Virus record (IMG/VR): IMGVR_UViG_3300050015_000312
Span: 1-63,355 of that record
DNA: 63,355 bases
Reading direction: 5' to 3' (one strand)
From: a virus
Taxonomy: Duplodnaviria; Caudoviricetes
Shown one piece after another: positions 27,021 through 36,295 of this stretch. The notes under the pieces were generated by a model that saw nothing but the letters and a program-made list of their open reading frames with translations, was not told where the DNA came from and made no database searches. The number at the start of each line of letters is the position of its first letter. The first letter of the stretch is position 1. The translations under genes were made by a program, and so were the position numbers.

Positions 27021-27154
27021 TGCTGAGTCTGCCGAGTCTGCTGAGTCTATTTTCCCCCGTTACGTGTAGAAAAATTAGATGTTGCACACGCAACATCATT
27101 TGTTTTTAGAGAGAACGGCTGTAACTGGACTCTGCGGACTCAGCAGACTCAGCA
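27021..27154. repeat. Two inverted triplets of a 9-mer around an AT-rich core (candidate replication origin)
   Basis: TGCTGAGTC-like x3 at 27021-27047; GACTCAGCA-like x3 at 27128-27154. Confidence 0.6.
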
Positions 27155-27286
27155 AAAAGCATCCCGCCTCAAAATTGTTCTTGCGTCTACCTTCAGACCC
27201 CAATATCCTGGAGTCGAGATCAACGCCGGTCTCCTTCAGAAATTGGGCCGACACCCGAACCACGCCCGGATTCACCAGCCCCACTG

Positions 27287-27619
27287 ATGAGCACCCAACC
27301 AACCCCCCTCTCCGATAAGAAAATCCGTGTGCGGATTGTAAACCCGTACCCGGACGGGAACAGCAGCACCTCCCTCTATCACGCCAAGCGCCAGGTGAAG
27401 CGTGGCCGTGCTCGCTTCGACGAACAGGGCCGTTTGCTGTTTCTGGCGAATACCGAGGAACGTGTGATCGACGAGGCGGTGCTCAAACTCCGCCAACAAT
27501 GCGCCGGCTACGACCGCATCGACCGGCCCATGACGCTCAAGGAACTCTCAGGCATCCCGGTTGTCATGCCTGAGAAGCTGATGCTCGACCGTGGTCGCGG
27601 TCGCCACGCCCGCAACTGA
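27287..27619 (+). CDS. Hypothetical protein
   Basis: Plausible ORF between the replication and packaging genes. Confidence 0.55.
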   Translation: MSTQPTPLSDKKIRVRIVNPYPDGNSSTSLYHAKRQVKRGRARFDEQGRLLFLANTEERVIDEAVLKLRQQCAGYDRIDRPMTLKELSGIPVVMPEKLMLDRGRGRHARN

Positions 27620-27820
27620 CGTGAAGCGTGTATCCCAAGCCGGCGCCCGCTGGGCAGTGAAGCTGCAGCTCGCTCCTCCAAGGGAGATCGACCTCGTGAC
27701 CACCCACCACCTCCCGCGCCGACTGTACGGCCGCTACGGGAACTTCGACTTGCCCGTGTTCGCGTTCGACGAGATTTTCCGGTTGAAGCCGGACCAGGCC
27801 AGACCAGGAGCCCACACCTC

Positions 27821-28090
27821 ATGATCCGAATGTCCACCGCCCTACTGCTGCTGCAGTCGATCTCGCTCGAGCCGGCCGCCTGGAAGCTCATCGAACTGCC
27901 CATCGTTGGTCTGATCGTGTGGCTCTGGATCCGGGATCAGCATAGCCGGGAGCGGCAACAGAAGGCTTCTGACGCCCGTTACGAGGCGCTGGTGGAGCGT
28001 GTAGTCACCGTCGTTGAGGCGAATGCCACCACGGCGCGCGGGCTGACGGATGCCATCACGGCCCGGCCGTGCATTCGGGAGCGGCGGTAG
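27821..28090 (+). CDS. Small membrane protein (holin-like)
   Basis: AGGAG RBS; TM LPIVGLIVWLWI followed by a coiled coil. Confidence 0.5.
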   Translation: MIRMSTALLLLQSISLEPAAWKLIELPIVGLIVWLWIRDQHSRERQQKASDARYEALVERVVTVVEANATTARGLTDAITARPCIRERR

Positions 28091-28091
28091 T

Positions 28092-28577
28092 GTGGCGGCC
28101 AAGCGAGGCAGACCGTCGAAGTATCAGCCAGAGTTTCCCAGGCAGGCGTACAAGCTCTGCCTACTCGGTGCGACGAATGAGAAGCTCGCGGACTTCTTCG
28201 GCGTAGCGGTCAGCACCGTCGACAAATGGATCAAAGAGATTCCGGAATTTTCGGGTGCCTTAAAGAGGGGGCGGGACGATGCGGATGCGCGGGTCGCGAA
28301 TTCGCTCTTCCGTCGCGCGCTTGGCTATTCACATAAAGCGGTCAAGATCTTTCAGAGCGATGGTCGGAGCTTCGAACACGAGTATATTGAGCGGTACCCT
28401 CCAGACCCCACTTCTTGCATTTTCTGGATGAAGAATCGACAGCCGCAACGGTGGCGGGACAAGCCAGCGACCGAAGACGGTGACGACCGGCTGGATGAAG
28501 TATTGGATCTGATCCGAAATGGCCCAGCAATCCCAAATAGCAAAGCGCAATCTGGCACCAAGGGCAAGAAAGCTTAA
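28092..28577 (+). CDS. terS: Terminase small subunit
   Basis: GRPSKY...LLGATNEKLADFFGVAVSTVDKW...PPDPTSCIFWMKNRQPQRWRDK. Confidence 0.88.
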   Translation: MAAKRGRPSKYQPEFPRQAYKLCLLGATNEKLADFFGVAVSTVDKWIKEIPEFSGALKRGRDDADARVANSLFRRALGYSHKAVKIFQSDGRSFEHEYIERYPPDPTSCIFWMKNRQPQRWRDKPATEDGDDRLDEVLDLIRNGPAIPNSKAQSGTKGKKA

Positions 28578-29808
28578 GCCGTTTGGGGAGAAGGCGCACC
28601 GCTTTGCATTCCGGCGGCCCGCTGAGGATAGGCGCATCACGATCCTGGAGGGCGCGGTCCGCAGCTCGAAGACTTGGGCCATGATCATGAAAATCCTCGT
28701 TCTGTGCAAATACGAGGTGCAGGGACAGAGACTGGTCACTGGGGCTTCGAAAGGCACGATCAAAGCGAACGTCCTCGACGACTTGTTTGAAATCGTAGGC
28801 GAGAAGAACTACGACTACAACCAGCAGTCTGGGGAGTTGAGGCTCTTCGAGACCTGGTGGCGCGTCATCGGCGGCAAAGACGAAGGTTCCGAGAAATTTC
28901 TACGCGGTTCCACGGTTGGCGTAGCGGTGTCGGACGAGCTGACGCTGATGCCGAAGTCGTTCGTATTCATGCTCCTGAGCCGCTTGAGCCCGGAAGGTGC
29001 GCGCTGGTATGCGACCACGAACCCGGACAGTCCTTACCACTACGTTAAGAGCGACATCATCGAGAACCCGGACCTGAAAGACTATCTCGAAGTCATTCAC
29101 CTCGGACTCGAAGACAACCCGAACCTGACGGACGACTATAAGGAATTTATCCGGCGGTCCTACACCGGGGTCTGGTACCAGCGTTTCGTGTTGGGCCTGT
29201 GGGTCATGGCCGAGGGCGCCATCTACCGCGACGTGCTGACCGAAGACACCTACTACGACGATGCGACCCGGCCGGTGGGTCTGCTGAGCCGCGGGGGACA
29301 CGTCGAGCGCTGGATACCTCTGGACTACGGCACAACTAACGCGCTGGCAGCTATCGACATCTACGACGATGGCGACACCGTATGGGCGGACCGCGAACAC
29401 TATTACGACTCGCGCGCGGAAGGCCGGCAAAAGACCGATAGCGAGTATGCGGACGACCTGATCAGGTTCATCGGCGGCGGCGACCCGCGCACCTGGCCCG
29501 GAATCATCATCGATCCGAGCGCTGCCAGTTTTCGGGCGGAGTTGCTCAATCGTGGTTTGTACGTCATCGACGCCGATAACGAAGTGGTTGACGGGATTCG
29601 GCGCGTGAGCACGATGCTCGGCCGGAAGAAACTGCGGATCAATCGGCAGGGATGCCCGAACGGCGTGCGGGAGATGCAGACGTACTCCTGGAACGAGAAG
29701 AAATCCGAAACGGGCAACGAGCAGCCGGTCAAGAAGTATGATCATTGGCCGGACGCCTGCCGGTACTACGTCAAGACGCGCATCGGGGACTGGAGGCTGG
29801 CGGCATGA
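28519..29808 (+). CDS. terL: Terminase large subunit (PBSX-like)
   Basis: EGAVRSSKT, VSDE, TTNP, DYG, DPSA and DHWPDACRY motifs. Confidence 0.93.
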   Translation: MAQQSQIAKRNLAPRARKLKPFGEKAHRFAFRRPAEDRRITILEGAVRSSKTWAMIMKILVLCKYEVQGQRLVTGASKGTIKANVLDDLFEIVGEKNYDYNQQSGELRLFETWWRVIGGKDEGSEKFLRGSTVGVAVSDELTLMPKSFVFMLLSRLSPEGARWYATTNPDSPYHYVKSDIIENPDLKDYLEVIHLGLEDNPNLTDDYKEFIRRSYTGVWYQRFVLGLWVMAEGAIYRDVLTEDTYYDDATRPVGLLSRGGHVERWIPLDYGTTNALAAIDIYDDGDTVWADREHYYDSRAEGRQKTDSEYADDLIRFIGGGDPRTWPGIIIDPSAASFRAELLNRGLYVIDADNEVVDGIRRVSTMLGRKKLRINRQGCPNGVREMQTYSWNEKKSETGNEQPVKKYDHWPDACRYYVKTRIGDWRLAA

Positions 29809-30221
29809 GAATCGCTGGGCTCGAAAGCCGACTGGCTCGCCTTGAGCGCGCAGCGTTCTTGCGAAGCCAAATCGTGACCCTGCGCGAGAAGATGAGCATA
29901 ACGCAGCGCGAATTAGCGGACAGGCTCGGCGTGACGGTAACGAGCATTTCGCGGTATGAAAACGGAAAGGAACCAAGCCGACAGGTTCTAAGGAACCTAG
30001 CCGATATCGCTCAAGTCGCGAGACTGAGCGATCTATCTGATGCGTTCACCAGAGCGTGCAGTTTACGCATTGCAGCGAGAATCGAAAAATTGCCCTCCAT
30101 TGGCACACAGCGGCGTGTATCACTGTGCGACCTGAAGCGCTGGAAGCTGGCGATAGAAGCAGTGAAGGAATTGCGGGAAATAGCCGAAGAAATCGGGGTC
30201 TACGTAGGTGGGCAATCATGA
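29805..30221 (+). CDS. XRE-family HTH protein
   Basis: LREKMSITQRELADRLGVTVTSISRYENGKEP. Confidence 0.8.
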   Translation: MRIAGLESRLARLERAAFLRSQIVTLREKMSITQRELADRLGVTVTSISRYENGKEPSRQVLRNLADIAQVARLSDLSDAFTRACSLRIAARIEKLPSIGTQRRVSLCDLKRWKLAIEAVKELREIAEEIGVYVGGQS

Positions 30222-31042
30222 CCAACCCAGCCTGGGCCCGCCTGGTCCGGATGTATGAGCAGGGAATCTGGGCCCTACTCAACCGCCCGGGTGCCATGGC
30301 GGATCCGGGACATCTTCCGCAGCTCGTGATGAGCAGCACCGAATTTCAGGAGGCCGCCTGGAAACTGGCCCAGAACATGGTGCGCGAAGTGGCGCGAGTC
30401 AACGCAACCTCCTGGCGGGCCGCCGCGATCAAATCCACCCGGGCGCGTCAGATCTACGCGGCCCTGCGAGCCGAGATCGAGCGCAACGGGCTCGGGCCGG
30501 AGCTGAGCCGGATGGCAGCCCGCAACGCCGAACTCATCACCAGCCTGCCGGCGGAGATCTCCGAGCGGGTCACCGCGCGCGCCGCGGAGCTCGAGCAGAA
30601 AGGCGCGCGGGCTGTTGAGATCGAGCGAGAGATTCGCCGGCTGACGCCGGAGCTGGCCGGCAGCCGCATTCGCCTGATCGCCCGTACCGAGATATCGAGA
30701 GCCGAAACGGACCTGACCCGCGCGCGGTCGGAGCGGATCGGGATTGACTGGGCGGTGTGGCAGACCAGCGAGGACTCTCGGGTCCGTAAATCACACCGGA
30801 ATTTGGATCGCGTGTTGATGAGGTTCTCTGATCCGCCGCAACCTGAAGCTTTGATCGGAGAGCACAGCACTCTGGGACACGGGCTCGGGGGACAATTCCC
30901 GAATTGCAGATGCGTCATGCTTCCCCTGGTTTCTCTGGACGAGGCGCACTTCCCGGCCCGCGCGTACATGAATGGATCGATCCGCCGGCTGACGAGAGGT
31001 CAGTTTATGACTATCGCTATCGGGTATAGGATGGCGGCCTAA
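30218..31042 (+). CDS. Head morphogenesis protein (MuF / SPP1 gp7 family)
   Basis: RLIARTE...WQTSEDSRVRKSH...NCRC. Confidence 0.88.
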   Translation: MTNPAWARLVRMYEQGIWALLNRPGAMADPGHLPQLVMSSTEFQEAAWKLAQNMVREVARVNATSWRAAAIKSTRARQIYAALRAEIERNGLGPELSRMAARNAELITSLPAEISERVTARAAELEQKGARAVEIEREIRRLTPELAGSRIRLIARTEISRAETDLTRARSERIGIDWAVWQTSEDSRVRKSHRNLDRVLMRFSDPPQPEALIGEHSTLGHGLGGQFPNCRCVMLPLVSLDEAHFPARAYMNGSIRRLTRGQFMTIAIGYRMAA

Positions 31043-31144
31043 CTGGCCGGATCCGCCGCATGACACGCGCCGAGTTCACCCGCGTGATTGGGATTCAGAT
31101 CGCCGCATAGCGCGGACCCGCATAAAACCATTCCCGCATAAAGC

Positions 31145-33556
31145 ATGGCCACCGCCCCCACTATCACCAATTGCGCCATCGGCCGCCGGTTCCGCGCGCG
31201 CGATACCCGCGCCCTGGAATACGGCCTAATGCCGCGCGGCCGCACCACCGCGACAGATGCCTTTACAAACGCCGCGGCGCGGATGGGCTGGGGCACGCCG
31301 AACCTCGCCGAGTCCGCGGACTATACGATGGTCCGCATCAGCTTCGACTACTGGCTGCTCATCACCCTTTACCGGAATCACTGGATCTCGCGGCGCATCG
31401 TCGACACGCCGGCGCAGGACATGGTGCGCGCCTGGCCGAAGATCAACACCGATCTCGCGCCAGAGGATCTGACGCGGGTCGATCGCGCGCTGCGGCACAC
31501 CCGGACGAAATCACAGATTCTGACGTCGCTCAAGTGGGCGCGGCTGTTCGGCGGCGCCGGCGCGCTGATCGTGATCGACGGGCAGGAGAACGAGCTATCC
31601 GAACCGCTCAAGCTCGACAACATCGAGCCGGGCTCCTATCGCGGAGTGATCCCGTTCGACCGTTGGACTGGCATCAGCCCGCTCGGAGACGTGGAGACGG
31701 ACATCTCCCGCCCGAACGATTTCAACCTGCCGAAGTATTACCAGGTGACCCAGCCGGGCGCGGAGACGTTCCGCGTGCATGCCAGCCGCATCCTCCGCTT
31801 CACCGGTCCCTCGGTTCCGACGCCCGAGTATCAGGCGCAATCCTGGTGGGGCATCTCGGCGCTCGAACCGGCGTACGAGGAAATTCGTAAGCGCGATAAC
31901 ATGAGCTGGAACATTCTTTCGCTCACATTCCGCGCCTCCCTGATTGGGATGAGGTCGAAGGACCTCGCGCAGATGCTCTCCGGCGCCGGGATGAACACCC
32001 AGGCGTTGCAGGGGTTCTATTCGCGCATGGAAGCGATGAACCATCTGATGAGCAACCAGAGCATGCTGGTGCTCCCCGAAGAGGGCGGCCTTGAATCCAT
32101 CAACTACACCTTCTCGGGCGTGTCCGACGTCTACCAACAGTTTCAACTCGACATCGCCGGCGCCGCAAATCTCCCAGCCTCGCGCCTGTTCGGGCGCACC
32201 ATCACCGGACTCGGGCAGTCCAACGATGCCGACGAGCGTCTCTATGAAGAACGGATCGCGCTCGATCAGGAAGAATCGCTGCGGCCGCAGCTCGAAAAGC
32301 TCTATCCGGTCATTTGCATGTCGGAACTCGGCGAGGTTCCGGACGACCTAGAAATGGCCTTCCCGAGCGTACGCGTGTTGACCGAAGAAGAGAAATTGAA
32401 GCTCGCGACGGACACGACCGCAAACGTGGTTGCTCTAGTGAACGCCGGCATGCTGAGCAAGCCCCAGGGGTTGAAGGAACTCAAGCAGGCGAGCGACATC
32501 ACGGGATTTGGGACCAACATCACCGACGAGGACATCGCGGCCGCGGAGGAGGCGGAGGCTGCGGGGTTTGGCGGGCTGGGCGAGGAGATGCCGCCAGAGA
32601 GGCAAGGCGGGGCGCGAGCGGCTGATGCATGGGAAGAGTCCGAACATCCGCGCGAGAAATCCGGAGAGAATGGCGGGCAGTTCACGAAGGGGAGCGGTGG
32701 AACAAGCGCCAGAAGCAACGCCGCCTCCACGTCGCGCGCCCTTGAGCCAGCATCCGAGAATCGTAAGGAGTGGCCCGAGCACATTCAGAAGCTGAAACTT
32801 CCACCGGCATGGACCGACGTAAAGCTCAACCTGGACCCCAACGCCGATTTGCTCGCTGTCGGGAAAGATGCGAAGGGCCGCTCGCAGTACGTCTACTCGC
32901 AGCGGTTTCAGAACAGCCAGGCCGAAGCGAAGTTCGCCCGCATCAAGGAACTCGACGCGAAATTTGGAAAGGTCTGGAACCAGAATACCGACCGGCTGAA
33001 GTCGGACGACCCGAAGCAGCAGGAACATGCGGAATGCGCGCGCCTAGTGATGGCGATGGGCATCCGGCCTGGAAGCGATTCCGACACCAAGGCGAAAGTG
33101 AAAGCCTACGGCGCCACGACGCTTGAGGGGAGGCACATAGTCATAGAGGACGGCCAAGTATACCTGCGCTTCACGGGGAAAAAGGGCGTGTCGATCAATC
33201 TCGCGGTGAGCAATTCGGACATCGCGCGCGGCCTGCTCGACCGTGCATCAAGGGCCGGGGCTGGCGGAAGATTATTCCCTGCGACCTCAGGCAATTCGCT
33301 GCTCGAATACACCCACACGCTCAATGGCGGAGGCTTTAAAACGAAGGATTTCCGGACGCTGCTCGCTACCCGATCAGCCATGAAGCACGTGGAGAAGGTG
33401 GATCCACCCAAAAACGAGAAGGACTATAGGAAGCGGGTGATGGAGATAGCCAAAGCCGTATCTTCCCGGCTCGGCAATACGCCCACTGTGGCGCTCCAGA
33501 GTTACATCAACCCGGTCGTCTTCGCCCCATGGAGGTCCGCCCTTGCTGCTGCCTGA
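31145..33556 (+). CDS. DUF1073-type portal protein fused to type IB DNA topoisomerase
   Basis: N-terminus: LYRNHWISRRIVDTPAQDMVRAW, WARLFGGA, VHASRILRF, LFGRTITGL. C-terminus: PPAWTDV, GKDAKGRSQYVY, GIRPG, YGATTL, FTGKKG, KDFRT, LGNTPTVALQSYI. Confidence 0.9.
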   Translation: MATAPTITNCAIGRRFRARDTRALEYGLMPRGRTTATDAFTNAAARMGWGTPNLAESADYTMVRISFDYWLLITLYRNHWISRRIVDTPAQDMVRAWPKINTDLAPEDLTRVDRALRHTRTKSQILTSLKWARLFGGAGALIVIDGQENELSEPLKLDNIEPGSYRGVIPFDRWTGISPLGDVETDISRPNDFNLPKYYQVTQPGAETFRVHASRILRFTGPSVPTPEYQAQSWWGISALEPAYEEIRKRDNMSWNILSLTFRASLIGMRSKDLAQMLSGAGMNTQALQGFYSRMEAMNHLMSNQSMLVLPEEGGLESINYTFSGVSDVYQQFQLDIAGAANLPASRLFGRTITGLGQSNDADERLYEERIALDQEESLRPQLEKLYPVICMSELGEVPDDLEMAFPSVRVLTEEEKLKLATDTTANVVALVNAGMLSKPQGLKELKQASDITGFGTNITDEDIAAAEEAEAAGFGGLGEEMPPERQGGARAADAWEESEHPREKSGENGGQFTKGSGGTSARSNAASTSRALEPASENRKEWPEHIQKLKLPPAWTDVKLNLDPNADLLAVGKDAKGRSQYVYSQRFQNSQAEAKFARIKELDAKFGKVWNQNTDRLKSDDPKQQEHAECARLVMAMGIRPGSDSDTKAKVKAYGATTLEGRHIVIEDGQVYLRFTGKKGVSINLAVSNSDIARGLLDRASRAGAGGRLFPATSGNSLLEYTHTLNGGGFKTKDFRTLLATRSAMKHVEKVDPPKNEKDYRKRVMEIAKAVSSRLGNTPTVALQSYINPVVFAPWRSALAAA

Positions 33557-33704
33557 TGTCTTTTTCGGATCGCCCGAGGCGGGTTCTCTCGACTGGCGTG
33601 ACGAGGTTTTCGATGACGGCGCGCCGGACGACGATGCGGAGCTTGCGGAGACACCCGAAGACGTAGCGGCGCTACTCGGCTTCGACCCACTGGACGAAGC
33701 ATGA
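33543..33704 (+). CDS. 53-aa highly acidic microprotein (not in the ORF track)
   Basis: GGAGG 7 nt before TTG; MLLPDVFFGSPEAGSLDWRDEVFDDGAPDDDAELAETPEDVAALLGFDPLDEA; ATGA-coupled to the next gene. Confidence 0.7.
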   Translation: MLLPDVFFGSPEAGSLDWRDEVFDDGAPDDDAELAETPEDVAALLGFDPLDEA

Positions 33705-34114
33705 TCCCCGTCACCCAAACCCGAACCGGAGCGAACGGCAACTGTATGGCCGCGGCGCTGGCCTCGATCCTCGAAGTCCCGATGCACGTGGTGCCCGACT
33801 TCGGCGGCGATGACGTGTGGCTCGGCAACGTCCAGAGCTTCCTCGCGGGCTTCGGACTGTACTACGTCCAGGTTCCTCCGGACGATCCGGTGATCGAGAC
33901 CGCTTTCGCTCACGGCGAGGTCTTCCACGTGATCGAAGGCACCAGCCCGCGCGGCCGCCGGCATGCCGTCGTTGGGCGGAACGGCGAAATAATCCACGAC
34001 CCGCACCCGCAGGACGGAACGGGCCGCGGTCTGGTCGACGTCGACGCCTACGGCCTGCTGTGCGCGCGCATGCTCCGGCCCGCGGGTGGCGTAAACCCGT
34101 CTGGCCTCTACTGA
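33701..34114 (+). CDS. Papain-like (C39-type) peptidase-fold protein
   Basis: Q...GNCMAAALASIL, HAVV and IHDP give a Cys-His-Asp triad. Confidence 0.65.
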   Translation: MIPVTQTRTGANGNCMAAALASILEVPMHVVPDFGGDDVWLGNVQSFLAGFGLYYVQVPPDDPVIETAFAHGEVFHVIEGTSPRGRRHAVVGRNGEIIHDPHPQDGTGRGLVDVDAYGLLCARMLRPAGGVNPSGLY

Positions 34115-34155
34115 TCAGAAAACCAACACCGGAGAACGAACACCGGAGAACGAAT

Positions 34156-34464
34156 ATGGCACTCGTAAACTTCACACCCTCGACCTACGGCTGCATCTCG
34201 GCCGGAGGAACCTCCGCTGCGCACGCGCTCCCTGGCACAACGGGGGTCACGCTGCTGATAACCAATATCGGGCCTTCGCCGGCGGCTGTGTTGCTCGGAG
34301 CCGACAGCGAAGAGACCCCGCTGGTCGTTACGTCCGCTACCGGAGTGGTCGTGCTGCCAAGCCAACCTCTCGCGCTGGCGGTGGGGGCGAACACGCACAT
34401 CGCGGTCATCGGCCTCGGATCGAACGCCGTGCTGAACCTGGCTCGCGGAGATGCGGCAGCGTAA
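34156..34464 (+). CDS. Small beta-rich virion-type protein
   Basis: GGAG RBS; Ala/Gly/Thr/Val-rich. Confidence 0.6.
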   Translation: MALVNFTPSTYGCISAGGTSAAHALPGTTGVTLLITNIGPSPAAVLLGADSEETPLVVTSATGVVVLPSQPLALAVGANTHIAVIGLGSNAVLNLARGDAAA

Positions 34465-34754
34465 TGATGCGACCCAACACGAATGATCGTCGCGCTCGGC
34501 TGCATGCGGCGCTGGACCGGCTGCTGGACGGAGAGCCGGCGCGCGACTCGCTGGGCACGAAGCTCGACAAGGCGCTCTTCGGCATTTCGGAGAACAGGAG
34601 CGGTGATGGCGTTCTCGGCGCTGTCGAGCAGAGCATAAAGCGCGCAACACCGTCCGTTACCGGCGCCCTCACGACCGACCCCGCAAGTATTGGCAGCAAG
34701 GATGAGCGGAACGAGCGGTTGCAGCGGGCTTACGACAGCATCCGGATCGGGTAA
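34464..34754 (+). CDS. Mini-scaffold-like protein, paralogous to segments of the prohead protease
   Basis: DRRARLHAALDRLLD and NERLQRAYDSIRIG mirror motifs in 34770-36293. Confidence 0.6.
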   Translation: MMRPNTNDRRARLHAALDRLLDGEPARDSLGTKLDKALFGISENRSGDGVLGAVEQSIKRATPSVTGALTTDPASIGSKDERNERLQRAYDSIRIG

Positions 34755-34769
34755 CACCAGGCAACCCAC

Positions 34770-36293
34770 ATGGCCTTCAGCTACTACGCCTCTAAGATCA
34801 GCGACAACATCGGTAAAACTCCGGAAGGATTTCTGATCTGCCAGGACGCCGTCATCGCGCGAACAGGCTGGCAAACGTACACCATCGGGGAACTTCCCGC
34901 CGACGCGCTGAAGGAACTCGATATCGACACCAGCGATCCTTCCGCGTCGATCGACGTATATCGCAGCCCGGAAGAAGTCTTCTCACCGGCGACGATTGCA
35001 AGCTTCGAAGGTAAGAGCGTCACCGACAATCATCCGCCCGCCGAACAGTTCGTGAATCCGGACACGATCACCCAGTACGAACTCGGTCACGTCCAGAACG
35101 TGCGCAAGGGCAAGGCGCCGCTCGAATCCGGCGAGTGGCCGCTGTTGGGCGACATCTTCATCAAGCGCGAGCCGCTGCTCGGCAAGGTGAAGGCCGATCA
35201 AGTGCGGGAACTTTCGTGCGGTTACGATTACACCCTCGCCAGAGATGGCGACCGCATTGTTCAGACCGAGATCCGCGGCAATCATGTCGCGGTCGTGCCG
35301 CGTGGCCGAGCAGGAGCCGAGGCCCGCATCAAAGACTCCGCGCCAGAGGCATCGGAGCGGAACACAGCCGGCGGCGGCTCCACCGGCAACCAAAAGGAGA
35401 AACCGAAAGTGCCGAATATGTTGAAACACCTGCTCGGGCTCGGCCTCAAAGCCTTCGCGGCCGATGCCGATCCCGAAAAACTGGCGGAAGCAGCCGAGGC
35501 CATCAGAGAAGAGAAGAAGGCCGAGGTTCCGCCGCCGGAAAAGAAGGCCGACGACCGCCGCGCCGACGAAAAACGCGCCGATGATCGCCGCGCGGACGAA
35601 AAAAAGGCGGACGATTGCAAAACCGATGACAAGCGCGTCGGCGACAAGCGCGCCCGCTTCCACGCCATGCTGGACCGCATGCTCGACGAGTCCGAGAAAG
35701 GGGACGAAGACGAGCACACTGAGGACGCGGACATGGACGAGCTCCGCGAGCTGCTCGGCGAATTCCTCGAAGAAGGGGAAGGGGAATATCCGGAGCGCGC
35801 GGGCGAGCCGGGAGCCGAGGGCGCCGAGGGTGAAGAGGTTCCCGCGCGGGACAGCGACCCGGACGACGTAGCACTCGCTGGATCGTTCTACGGTGGAAAG
35901 TTCCACCCCTACCGCGATAGTGACCACTATTCCGCGGCCAAGGCCGGCGAAGGAAAGAAGAAACGCCGCGCCCACGATCGCCTGATCGAGCCGGTGACCG
36001 ACGAACACGCCGCCGCCGATCATGAGCCCACCGCGCGCGACGTGCTCCAGGCGCTCCGGCCCGTGGTCGCACGGTCCAACGATGCCGGCCTGCGCCGCGC
36101 ATTCAACGCGCAGCTCGGGCGCTTCACGCGGTCCTCGCGGGCTTCGTCCGGGAGCTACGCGGGTTTCTCGGGCGCCACCCGGCAACGGGCCGCCGATGAA
36201 AGCAGCCAGCACCAGCCCGAACACAATCAGAAACTTCAGACGGCATACGATGCGATCCGCACCGGCAAGCCGATCAGCAAGGAGGAAAAGTAA
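34770..36293 (+). CDS. DUF2213 prohead protease/scaffold
   Basis: TPEGFLIC...IARTG.Q.Y, VYRSPEEVF, VTDNHP, RELSCGY, GNHVAVVPRGRAG...RIKD. Confidence 0.9.
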   Translation: MAFSYYASKISDNIGKTPEGFLICQDAVIARTGWQTYTIGELPADALKELDIDTSDPSASIDVYRSPEEVFSPATIASFEGKSVTDNHPPAEQFVNPDTITQYELGHVQNVRKGKAPLESGEWPLLGDIFIKREPLLGKVKADQVRELSCGYDYTLARDGDRIVQTEIRGNHVAVVPRGRAGAEARIKDSAPEASERNTAGGGSTGNQKEKPKVPNMLKHLLGLGLKAFAADADPEKLAEAAEAIREEKKAEVPPPEKKADDRRADEKRADDRRADEKKADDCKTDDKRVGDKRARFHAMLDRMLDESEKGDEDEHTEDADMDELRELLGEFLEEGEGEYPERAGEPGAEGAEGEEVPARDSDPDDVALAGSFYGGKFHPYRDSDHYSAAKAGEGKKKRRAHDRLIEPVTDEHAAADHEPTARDVLQALRPVVARSNDAGLRRAFNAQLGRFTRSSRASSGSYAGFSGATRQRAADESSQHQPEHNQKLQTAYDAIRTGKPISKEEK

Positions 36294-36295
36294 CT

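Noticed and set aside
31145-32600. Anti-CBASS Acb1 activity of the DUF1073 portal
   Set aside because: No paired HxT 2H-phosphoesterase domain is visible; the fused cargo here is TopIB.
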